From Pseudomonadota bacterium (lineage in GTDB: Bacteria; Pseudomonadota; Alphaproteobacteria; Rhodobacterales; Rhodobacteraceae), in NCBI GenBank assembly GCA_039193985.1, contig JBCCWG010000003.1, positions 12-64,011 of the forward strand: a stretch of 64,000 bases of DNA. Reading direction: 5' to 3'. A program made the translations under genes and the position numbers. Positions 1 through 7,687 of this stretch are shown piece after piece. Positions within the stretch are counted from its first letter, which is position 1. The number at the start of each line of letters is the position of its first letter. Under the pieces are notes generated by a model. The model saw nothing but the letters and a program-made list of their open reading frames with translations. It made no database searches and was not told the DNA's origin.

Positions 1-248
1 TTGCACGCAAACTCACCGAGAGACAGCGGGGCTGACGCCCCTTGATTCCGTGCCTTGGATTTCTGCGCAGCCGATGCCCGAAATTGGCTCAAACCGATCA
101 TAAACCGAACCGCACGATCAAACAGAACACACCGAGGCGCGGCCTAGTCTCAACGCTCCAGCCGCACCGGACGCCGCGTCGCGGCGCGGCGATTGACTTC
201 ACGGCACACGGCGGGCATCAACGCGGCGAGTTTGCCAAGAGGGTGCGC

Positions 249-953
249 ATGAAGAAGATCTACGCCAACGCGACGGAGGCGCTCGACGGTCTCCTGCACG
301 ACGACATGCTGATCGCGGCCGGGGGCTTTGGTCTCTGCGGCATCCCCGAGCTCCTGCTGCAGGCGATCAAGGACAGCGGCGTCAAGAACCTGACATTTGC
401 CTCGAACAACGCAGGCGTCGACGACTTCGGCATCGGCATCCTGCTGCAAACCCGGCAGGTCAAAAAGATGATGTCCTCTTACGTGGGCGAAAATGACGAA
501 TTCATGCGACAGTATCTGGCCGGCGAACTCGAGATCGAGTTCAACCCGCAAGGCACGCTGGCCGAGCGCATGCGCGCCGGCGGCTGCGGCATCCCGGGCT
601 TCTACACCAAGACCGGCGTCGGCACGCAAGTGGCCGAGGGCAAGGAACTGAAAGACTTCAACGGCGAAACCTATGTGCTGGAAGAAGGCATCTTTGCCGA
701 TCTCTCCATCGTGAAAGCCTGGAAGGCGGATGAGACCGGCAACTGCATCTTCCGCAAGACCGCCCGCAACTTCAATCCGCCCGCCGCAATGTGCGGCAAG
801 GTCTGCGTGATGGAGGTCGAAGAAATCGTGCCCGTCGGCACCCTCGACCCCGACCACATCCACCTGCCCGGCATCTATGTGCACCGCCTGATCCAGGGCG
901 AGCACGAAAAGCGCATCGAACAGCGGACTGTGCGCAAGAAGGAGAGTGCATAA
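249..953 (+). CDS. scoA: 3-oxoacid (succinyl-CoA:3-ketoacid) CoA-transferase subunit A
   Basis: In frame within ORF 42..953. The ATG at 249 opens MKKIYANATEALDGLLHDDMLIAAGGFGLCGIPE, typical of the ScoA/AtoD family. The TAATG junction couples it to subunit B. Confidence 0.9.
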   Translation: MKKIYANATEALDGLLHDDMLIAAGGFGLCGIPELLLQAIKDSGVKNLTFASNNAGVDDFGIGILLQTRQVKKMMSSYVGENDEFMRQYLAGELEIEFNPQGTLAERMRAGGCGIPGFYTKTGVGTQVAEGKELKDFNGETYVLEEGIFADLSIVKAWKADETGNCIFRKTARNFNPPAAMCGKVCVMEVEEIVPVGTLDPDHIHLPGIYVHRLIQGEHEKRIEQRTVRKKESA

Positions 954-1576
954 TGCCCTGGGACCGCAACCAAATGGCCGAACGTGCCGCGCAGGAACTT
1001 GAAGACGGCATGTATGTGAACCTCGGGATCGGCATCCCGACGCTGGTCGCGAATTATGTGGGCGACAAGGACATCACGCTGCAGTCCGAGAATGGCATGC
1101 TGGGCATGGGCCCCTTCCCGTTCGAGGGCGAGGAAGACCCCGATCTCATCAACGCGGGCAAACAAACGATCACCGAGATGGATCGCACCGCTTACTTCGA
1201 CAGCGCGCAGAGCTTTGGCATGATCCGGGGCGGCAAGATCGCCGCCGCAATCCTGGGTGCCATGGAAGTGGCCGAAAACGGCGATCTCGCGAACTGGATG
1301 ATCCCCGGCAAGCTGGTCAAGGGTATGGGCGGCGCGATGGATCTCGTCGCGGGTGTCGGCCGCGTCATCGTTGTGATGGATCACACCAACAAGCACGGCG
1401 AGAGCAAACTGCTGAAGAGTTGTACGTTGCCACTGACCGGTGCGGGTGTCGTCGACCTGATCATCACCAATCTCGGCGTGCTCGAGGTTGGCCACAAGGG
1501 CCTGCATATCGTCGAGACGGCCCCGGACGTCACACGCGACGATATCCGGGCGGCGACGGAGGCGACGATCGTTTGA
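953..1576 (+). CDS. scoB: 3-oxoacid CoA-transferase subunit B
   Basis: ATG at 953, in frame with ORF 791..1576. MPWDRNQMAERAAQELEDGMYVNLGIGIPT and SENGMLGMGP match ScoB/AtoA. Confidence 0.9.
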   Translation: MPWDRNQMAERAAQELEDGMYVNLGIGIPTLVANYVGDKDITLQSENGMLGMGPFPFEGEEDPDLINAGKQTITEMDRTAYFDSAQSFGMIRGGKIAAAILGAMEVAENGDLANWMIPGKLVKGMGGAMDLVAGVGRVIVVMDHTNKHGESKLLKSCTLPLTGAGVVDLIITNLGVLEVGHKGLHIVETAPDVTRDDIRAATEATIV

Positions 1577-1678
1577 TAAGACGCAGCCTAGAAATTGTCA
1601 TGAAATAACCCGCGGATTGTTCGTAATTCAGAAACAGTACCATATTATTGCCCCATTCAGTGCGTATCTGTTTCGGTA

Positions 1679-2704
1679 ATGGCTTTGAACAATATGCCAA
1701 ACACATCCCCTCGTGTTCCCAACGCCGCGACCCCGTCGCGGCGTTGGCGTGATTTGGTCCTGCCTCTTGGTCTCTTCGCCCTTGTCGCTATAGGCCTCGT
1801 CGGGCTCGCAATGGCGACGGGCTGGGAAGAAACAATCGATGCATTCCGCATTCTTCAAGCACGCGAAATCTCCATCCTTCTAGGGCTCAGCCTCGTGAAC
1901 TATGCCTGTCGCGGCGTTCGATGGCACATCTTTGCGACCCGACTGGGCCTGAATACGGGATTTGGCCAGAACCTTCGCCATTTCCTGGGCGGTTTCGCGA
2001 TGTCGGTCACGCCGGGGCGGGTCGGCGAACTGGTCCGCATGCGTTGGCTGCGCCGCGAAACAGGCTGGTCGTTCGAACGAACAGCCCCGCTGGTTCTGGT
2101 TGATCGTGCCGCCGACCTCGCCGCAATGGCCATCCTGTTGGCCCTTGCGCTTGCCCTGTCCGCATCGGGCATGACAGGGGGCGTTCCGGTGGTGATCCTC
2201 GCTATCGCTGCCGCCATTGTGGCCACGCGCCCGCGATTGCTCAGGCTTGTTGGCGACTTTGGCCATGTTTTGACCCGTCGCACCTTTCCCAGATTGTTTG
2301 CACGCGTCCGCCGCGCTGCAAATTCGCTGAGCGCCTTTAAGGGACCCAGCCTATTGGTGATCGCAGGCGCACTTGGCCTGATAGGCTGGATGGCCGAGGC
2401 ATATGCCTTTCACCTACTGCTGATGTGGCTCGGCGCGGACATTGGTTTGTGGAAAGCAACGGCGATCTTCATTTTCGCAACGCTTGCAGGTGGCCTGACA
2501 GGTGCGCCTGGCGGTCTGGGCGGGGCCGAGGCGGCGATGGTCGCCCTCCTCGCGCTCGATGGGGTGCCTCTTGAAGTGGCCGTTCCCGCGACCCTTGTCA
2601 TTCGCGTCACCACATTATGGTTTGCAATTCTCATCGGAATACTTGTGTTCCCGGCCGCGGAACGCGCATCAAAGAAGGCTGATCATGCGTTGGAAAACAG
2701 TTGA
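1679..2704 (+). CDS. LPG-synthase-TM / UPF0104 (flippase-like) family integral membrane protein
   Basis: 341 aa, about 8 hydrophobic helices. Family-like motifs: NYACRGVRWHIF, SVTPGRVGELVRMRW, GAPGGLGGAEAAMV. Its 3' end overlaps the next gene by 20 bp. Confidence 0.65.
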   Translation: MALNNMPNTSPRVPNAATPSRRWRDLVLPLGLFALVAIGLVGLAMATGWEETIDAFRILQAREISILLGLSLVNYACRGVRWHIFATRLGLNTGFGQNLRHFLGGFAMSVTPGRVGELVRMRWLRRETGWSFERTAPLVLVDRAADLAAMAILLALALALSASGMTGGVPVVILAIAAAIVATRPRLLRLVGDFGHVLTRRTFPRLFARVRRAANSLSAFKGPSLLVIAGALGLIGWMAEAYAFHLLLMWLGADIGLWKATAIFIFATLAGGLTGAPGGLGGAEAAMVALLALDGVPLEVAVPATLVIRVTTLWFAILIGILVFPAAERASKKADHALENS

Positions 2705-4001
2705 ATACGCCGGCTGGGGCCGCGTTCACACCGCATCGGGCGAAATGGCGCGACCCGAACGCGTGGCAACGCTAGATGCCACGACACGCGAAGACCCGGC
2801 CCCGGCGCTCGGCATGCGGCGCAGCTATGGCGATGCCTGCCTGAATGACGGCGGGCGCGCGATCGACATGACCCGGATGGACCGCATCCTAAGTTTTGAC
2901 GACACAACCGGGCTGGTTCATGTCGAAGCCGGATGCCAGATCGGGCAACTTCTGAAGGTCTTCGCGCCGAAAGGCTGGCTCCCCCCGGTCATGCCCGGCA
3001 CCGGCTTTGCCACAGTCGGCGGCGGGATCGCGATGGATGTGCACGGCAAGAACCACCATGGCGCCGGGTCCTTTGGTCAACATGTGACCGAACTCACTCT
3101 CATGACGGCCAATGGCCCGAAGGTCATCACGCCGTCAAAGAATGCCGCCCTCTTCAAAGCGACCATTGGCGGGCTGGGCCAGACGGGCCCCATTCTCTCG
3201 GCCAGGTTCGAGCTTTTGAAAGCCAAGGGCGACGTCATGGTCGTGACCGAACGCCGGGTGTCGAACTGGGAGGCGTTTTTGCCGCTCCTCGATACCTCCG
3301 ACGCCACCTATACGGTGGGCTGGATCGATGCGACGGCCGAGGGCGACGATCTTGGGCGCGGCATTCTGGAAGAAGCCGAAACGGGTGGCGGGCTGGTCAA
3401 ACCTGCACGCCGGGGCAAGCGCATTCCGCTCGATGCACCGCGCGTGGCCTTATCACCGCCCATCGTCAAGGCCTTCAACGCCGCCTACTGGCGCCGCGTC
3501 CCCTCCAAAGGCCGCACCGTGGTCAAGCCCATCGCCGATTTCTTCTTTCCGCTCGACAAGCTTCACGACTGGAACCGGCTTTATGGCAAGGATGGCTTCC
3601 ATCAGTTCCAATGCGTCGTTCCCATCGCCGAGGCCGAAGCCCTGCGCGAAATGGTTGCCAAAATCGCCAGATCCGGGCTGGCCTCACCGCTCGCCGTTCT
3701 GAAAAGGATGGGCGAAGGCCGTGCGGGATACATGTCGTTCCCGATGGAGGGCTATACCCTCGCCCTCGATTTCCGGAACACGCCTGAAGCGGAAAATCTG
3801 ATTCTTGAACTGGAAGAAATGACCGTGGCCGCCAAGGGCCGCATCTATCTTGCCAAGGACGCACTGGCACGGCCCGACAACATCAAGGCGATGTATCCCG
3901 AACACGGGGCCTGGCTAAAGGCGGTGAAGAAAGCAGACCCGCAAGGCGCCTATGCCACAGATCTGGTCCGGCGCCTCAACCTGAGGGGGGACGTTGCATG
4001 A
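2685..4001 (+). CDS. DprE1-like FAD-dependent polyprenyl-phospho-ribose 2'-oxidase
   Basis: ATG at 2685 inside ORF 2502..4001. By-eye full-length similarity to DprE1: GWGR, RRSYGD, PGTGFATVGGGIAMDVHGKNHHGAGSFG, GGLGQTG, FFFPLDKLHDWNRLYGKDGFHQFQCVVP, GRIYLAKD, MYPEHGAWLKAVKKADP. Confidence 0.8.
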   Translation: MRWKTVEYAGWGRVHTASGEMARPERVATLDATTREDPAPALGMRRSYGDACLNDGGRAIDMTRMDRILSFDDTTGLVHVEAGCQIGQLLKVFAPKGWLPPVMPGTGFATVGGGIAMDVHGKNHHGAGSFGQHVTELTLMTANGPKVITPSKNAALFKATIGGLGQTGPILSARFELLKAKGDVMVVTERRVSNWEAFLPLLDTSDATYTVGWIDATAEGDDLGRGILEEAETGGGLVKPARRGKRIPLDAPRVALSPPIVKAFNAAYWRRVPSKGRTVVKPIADFFFPLDKLHDWNRLYGKDGFHQFQCVVPIAEAEALREMVAKIARSGLASPLAVLKRMGEGRAGYMSFPMEGYTLALDFRNTPEAENLILELEEMTVAAKGRIYLAKDALARPDNIKAMYPEHGAWLKAVKKADPQGAYATDLVRRLNLRGDVA

Positions 4002-4735
4002 CCCAAACCTGGCTTGTCATCGGGGCAACCTCGACCATCGCCCGCGCCTTTGCCCGCCAGGCTGCCGCGCGTGGCGACAGCTTGCTGCTTGCGGGGCGCG
4101 ACATGGGCGAGCTCGAGTTGATTGCAGCAGACTGCAAGTTCCGCGGCGCACCCTTGGCCGAGGCGATTGCCTTTGATGCGCGCGACCCAAGCACCTTTGA
4201 CCCTATCGTAAAACGGGGCGAAGCGACCGAGGGCACGCTGAGCGCGGCCGTCTTCGTCGGCTCAATGCCGGACCAGGTTGAGATTGATGCCGACCCGGCA
4301 CTGGTGGACGGCACGATCACTGACAGCTTTACCGGCCCGGCCCGTCTTCTGACGATGCTGGCGCCCTTGATGGAAGAACGCGGTGCAGGCACAATTGCGG
4401 GCGTCGGGTCGGTCGCAGGCGACCGGGGGCGGTTGGGCAATTACGTCTATGGTGCGTCCAAGGCTGGATTTCACGCCTATCTCTCCGGCCTGCGCAATCG
4501 GCTGGGGCGGTCAGGAGTGCACGTCATCACGGTCAAACCGGGCACGGTCGACACGGCGATGACATGGGGCATGGAGAAACTGCCCTTCGTGGCGCCGCCG
4601 GACAAGATTGCATCGGATATCCTGCGCGCAGCGGACAAAAAGAAAGACATTATATACACACCTCTCATCTGGTGGCCGATCATGACCATCATCCGCACAA
4701 TCCCGGAACGGGTCTTCAAGAAGATGGAAATCTAG
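3998..4735 (+). CDS. DprE2-like short-chain dehydrogenase/reductase (polyprenyl-phospho-2-keto-pentose reductase type)
   Basis: ATGA overlap with the upstream oxidase. Rossmann N-terminus VIGATSTIARAF, catalytic YGASKAG, and a C-terminal IRTIPERVFKKMEI tail resembling the DprE2 tail. Confidence 0.8.
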   Translation: MTQTWLVIGATSTIARAFARQAAARGDSLLLAGRDMGELELIAADCKFRGAPLAEAIAFDARDPSTFDPIVKRGEATEGTLSAAVFVGSMPDQVEIDADPALVDGTITDSFTGPARLLTMLAPLMEERGAGTIAGVGSVAGDRGRLGNYVYGASKAGFHAYLSGLRNRLGRSGVHVITVKPGTVDTAMTWGMEKLPFVAPPDKIASDILRAADKKKDIIYTPLIWWPIMTIIRTIPERVFKKMEI

Positions 4736-4758
4736 CCGCGCGGGCGTGTCGCCAGCAT

Positions 4759-5640
4759 TCAGTTCGAGGCGCTTCTGCGCACGAAAACGCACCCGTCACC
4801 GATAAGCTGCGGCGGCGTGAGGCAAAGCCCGCGCGCCAGGTTCCACGCCGCCAGAACCTTTGGCACGTATGCCCGCGTTTCGGCAAACGGCGGCACGCCC
4901 TGATGCTTGCGCACCGCGCCCTCGCCCGCATTGTAGCCGGCAAGCGCCAACACCGGGTCGCCACCGAACTCGTCCAGCAGCCAGTCAAGATATGTGACAC
5001 CGCCCTTTATGTTGGCCTTGGGGTCCATGCTGTCTGCTACGCCGAAACGCTCGGCCGTTGCGGGGATCAGCTGCATGATCCCTTCAGCCCCCGCTGAACT
5101 GACCGCGTCGGTGCGCCCGGCACTTTCAATCGCTATGACAGCAAGCACAAGCGCCGGCGAAACGTTTGAGCCTACGGTCGACGCCAGGATATCTGTGCCA
5201 TGCGCCTCGACGATACGCTGCAACGTCTCAAGGCGCGGCGTGCCGATCCGGAGCGCGTTCTTTCGGATCGTATCGATCGCCAGTTCGAACCGGGTCGCCG
5301 CATCAAGTCCGATGGCGGGCGAGACTGCGGTCCAGTACCAGTCATATTCGCTCGGGGTTGCCGGCAGCAGACCGGGCGGAACCGCGACCGCAGCATCAGG
5401 GCGCGGGTCACCGGGCCGACGCGGTTCAGAGCCCGGCGTCAGTCGATAGATCTCGGCATCCGGATCGATTTGCACCGTGATCCGCTTGTTCGCGCCTGAT
5501 TTCGGCGGCGCCACACGCTTAAAGGTGAAGTCGCCACCGGTTTGCATGGCAGGCGCATTTGGCGCTGTCTCGGCGGCCACCGCGCCCACCGAAGCGATCG
5601 CCGCCCAAAGACACGCGCATACTGCCTGGATAGATCGCAT
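4759..5640 (-). CDS. Secreted lytic transglycosylase (SLT domain)
   Basis: N-terminal signal peptide MRSIQAVCACLWAAIASVGAVAA. SLT catalytic block AIESAGRTDAVSSAGAEGIMQLIPATAERFG ... YNAGEGAV. Confidence 0.85.
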   Translation of the reverse strand: MRSIQAVCACLWAAIASVGAVAAETAPNAPAMQTGGDFTFKRVAPPKSGANKRITVQIDPDAEIYRLTPGSEPRRPGDPRPDAAVAVPPGLLPATPSEYDWYWTAVSPAIGLDAATRFELAIDTIRKNALRIGTPRLETLQRIVEAHGTDILASTVGSNVSPALVLAVIAIESAGRTDAVSSAGAEGIMQLIPATAERFGVADSMDPKANIKGGVTYLDWLLDEFGGDPVLALAGYNAGEGAVRKHQGVPPFAETRAYVPKVLAAWNLARGLCLTPPQLIGDGCVFVRRSASN

Positions 5641-5987
5641 CTCGCCTTAAACCTCTTTTAGGGTTCTGGGCGAAAACTTCGCAGAAGATGTCGAGGCAAA
5701 CCAGCGGGAATTAGGCTCATTGTTCAGGGAACGCGGAAAGTGATGCGTTATGCCCAACATTGGAACCTTGAAAGCGAACAGTGAAAACGTATTTTAATGA
5801 TTACTTTCAATGCTTTACGGTAGTTTATTAGGTTTCGTGTCCGAGATGAAAAATTGTACGACCCACGCCTAACTCTCGCCCAAATTACGGGTGCATAAAG
5901 CATCATACCAAGCGCGGCACATGGCTGAATGTGAGAGGTCGGTCGCTGCGATGGTTGTTGAAACTGAGCGTGCTTATGGAGGGACAT

Positions 5988-6194
5988 ATGAAACTGTTCA
6001 ACGCTTTTCTTAAAGACGAATCCGGCGCAGTCACTGTTGACTGGGTTGTTCTGACTGCTGCAATCGTTGGCCTCGGCATCGCCGTTCTGACTTCGGTCGG
6101 TGGCGGTACAACTGACCTGGCTGACGCAATCTCGACCAACCTGTCGAACGCAAACGTGCGTACGCTGGACGGTCTGAGCGCAGCCTTCGACTAA
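5988..6194 (+). CDS. flp: Flp-family type IVb pilin (copy 1)
   Basis: 68 aa. GGAGGG RBS before the ATG at 5988. Leader MKLFNAFLKDESG followed by AVTVDWVVLTAAIVGLGIAV (Flp G/A cleavage motif plus hydrophobic helix). It lies immediately upstream of cpaB. Confidence 0.8.
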   Translation: MKLFNAFLKDESGAVTVDWVVLTAAIVGLGIAVLTSVGGGTTDLADAISTNLSNANVRTLDGLSAAFD

Positions 6195-6207
6195 TATGCA
6201 TGTCCGT

Positions 6208-6233
6208 GAGGGCCGCAGAGAAGTGCGGCCCTC
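6208..6233 (+). terminator. GC-rich hairpin after flp1 (attenuator/terminator-like, no clear U-tract)
   Basis: gagggccgca-gagaagt-gcggccctc, directly after the flp1 stop. Confidence 0.4.
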
Positions 6234-6304
6234 GCAGCTAAAACAACTAAGCACCGGCGTCTGCGTGCCAAAGTGATGTCGGTTGTTTTGAAGGGGATGT
6301 GACA

Positions 6305-6502
6305 ATGGTAAGCTTGTTTAACTTTATCTCGTCCGAAGACGGAGCCGTCACGGTCGACTGGGTCGTACTGACTGCAGCGATTGTGGGGCTCGGAATTGCA
6401 GTAATCGGAACTGTCGCTGCCGGAACTACCGACGTCTCAAGCGGCCTCGGTGCTGTATTGGAAGACGCCGATCCTCCCGCAGCTGACATGCCAATCTTCT
6501 GA
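6305..6502 (+). CDS. flp: Flp-family type IVb pilin (copy 2)
   Basis: 65 aa from the ATG at 6305 (AAGGGGA RBS; alternative GTG at 6299). It has the same GAVTVDWVVLTAAIVGLGIAV core as flp1 and a divergent C-terminus. Confidence 0.8.
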   Translation: MVSLFNFISSEDGAVTVDWVVLTAAIVGLGIAVIGTVAAGTTDVSSGLGAVLEDADPPAADMPIF

Positions 6503-6637
6503 GTTCGGTCACGGGACGATTCATCACATTTTCGGATTTCGTCCACGGTTTCGCCATAATGCTGCGAAACAATAAAACGAATTCGGTATCTGGGGGCAAA
6601 GAGATCGTGCCCTCCGAATATTAAGAGAGGACATGTG

Positions 6638-7474
6638 ATGAGATTGGTGTTTGGACTTGTTCTGCTCCTCGGTGTTGGGCTGGCAGGCGTAGCAGTTTAC
6701 ATGGCGCGCGATTTCTTCGCGCAGCAGCAGTTGCAGCTCGCAGAAGCAGAAGCTGCGAAGTCGGCAATTGTTCCGACCTCGGACGTGATGGTCGTGAACA
6801 AGCAGATGCGCTACGGACAGCGCCTGACCACCAAAGACGTCAAGATTGTTCGCTGGCCGACGGCTGCAGTGCCGTCCGGCGCGTTTACCTCCGTCGAGGA
6901 GTTGTTTCCCGACGGCAATGAAGAGCTTCGATCAATCTTGCGGACGATGGAAGCCGACGAAGCCATCCTTTCGATGAAAGTTACTGAGCCAGGCCAAGAC
7001 GCCGGTGTTTCCTCCCGACTTAGCTCGGGCAAACGTGCATTTACGGTCAGAACCGATGTCTCAACCGGCGTTTCCGGCTTCTTGCGTCCGGGCGACCGCG
7101 TCGACGTGTACTGGACGGGCAAAAAGCAAGGGGTCGGTGTGACACAGCTGATCCAGTCCGCCGTCCGCATCATCGCAATTAACCAGTCCGCGGATGAAGA
7201 CAACAACAGTCCCGTGGTCGCGCGGACCGTTACCGTTGAGGTGAACCCAACCGAGGTCGCCAAACTTGCCCAAGCACAATCGACTGGGCGCCTGTCGCTC
7301 TCGCTCCTGGGTGCTGACGAGACGGTTGTGTCTGTAGAAGTAGAGGTCGACCAGCGTGACCTCCTCGGGATCCAAGTTGAAGAAGCGGCACAGCAGGAAA
7401 GAAAATGCTTTGTCATGCGGCGTGTAGGGGAAGAACTGCGTCCTACAAATATCGAAACCGAATGCACAAATTAG
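6638..7474 (+). CDS. cpaB: Flp pilus assembly protein CpaB (RcpC family)
   Basis: N-terminal TM anchor MRLVFGLVLLLGVGLAGVAVYMA, then SAF/RcpC-like regions (VVVNKQMRYGQRLTTKDVKIVRWP, AFTVRTDVSTGVSGFLRPGDRVDVY). Its position after flp fits. Alternative GTG start at 6635. Confidence 0.85.
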   Translation: MRLVFGLVLLLGVGLAGVAVYMARDFFAQQQLQLAEAEAAKSAIVPTSDVMVVNKQMRYGQRLTTKDVKIVRWPTAAVPSGAFTSVEELFPDGNEELRSILRTMEADEAILSMKVTEPGQDAGVSSRLSSGKRAFTVRTDVSTGVSGFLRPGDRVDVYWTGKKQGVGVTQLIQSAVRIIAINQSADEDNNSPVVARTVTVEVNPTEVAKLAQAQSTGRLSLSLLGADETVVSVEVEVDQRDLLGIQVEEAAQQERKCFVMRRVGEELRPTNIETECTN

Positions 7475-7501
7475 ACATCTGCTCACATTTGAAGGCTTCA
7501 A

Positions 7502-7535
7502 GCGCGCCACCATATCCGGTGGCGCGTTTTCTTTT
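7502..7535 (+). terminator. Rho-independent terminator after cpaB
   Basis: gcgcgccacc-atatcc-ggtggcgcg followed by ttttctttt. Confidence 0.6.
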
Positions 7536-7600
7536 GGCCCCTATCCCTACGATTGTGTTGCGCGTCATCCACATAAGAAAAGGCATTCAAACTGCTGATT

Positions 7601-7617
7601 GTTGAAAATTTTTCAAC
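7601..7617. promoter_or_regulatory. Perfect 17-bp AT-rich palindrome upstream of cpaC (candidate operator)
   Basis: GTTGAAAATTTTTCAAC, about 50-70 bp upstream of the cpaC start candidates, in an otherwise GC-rich genome. Confidence 0.35.
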
Positions 7618-7687
7618 ATTGGCCCATCGTCCGCGCTATAAAGGTATTAAACCTGGAAACTGAGGCGTGATCGGAAAGGCAGGTCAC

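Noticed and set aside
5761-5775. Sigma-54-like -24/-12 spacing (TGGAACCTTGAAAGC) upstream of flp1
   Set aside because: GG and GC have the correct spacing, but the flanking bases match the TGGCACG-N4-TTGC consensus poorly. It also lies about 225 bp from the start codon, which is too weak to call.
5748-6305. 185-aa minus-strand ORF across the flp region
   Set aside because: It is antisense to flp1 and spans AT-rich promoter DNA. It has no motifs, and the plus-strand Flp pilins with RBS and conserved processing motif explain the region.
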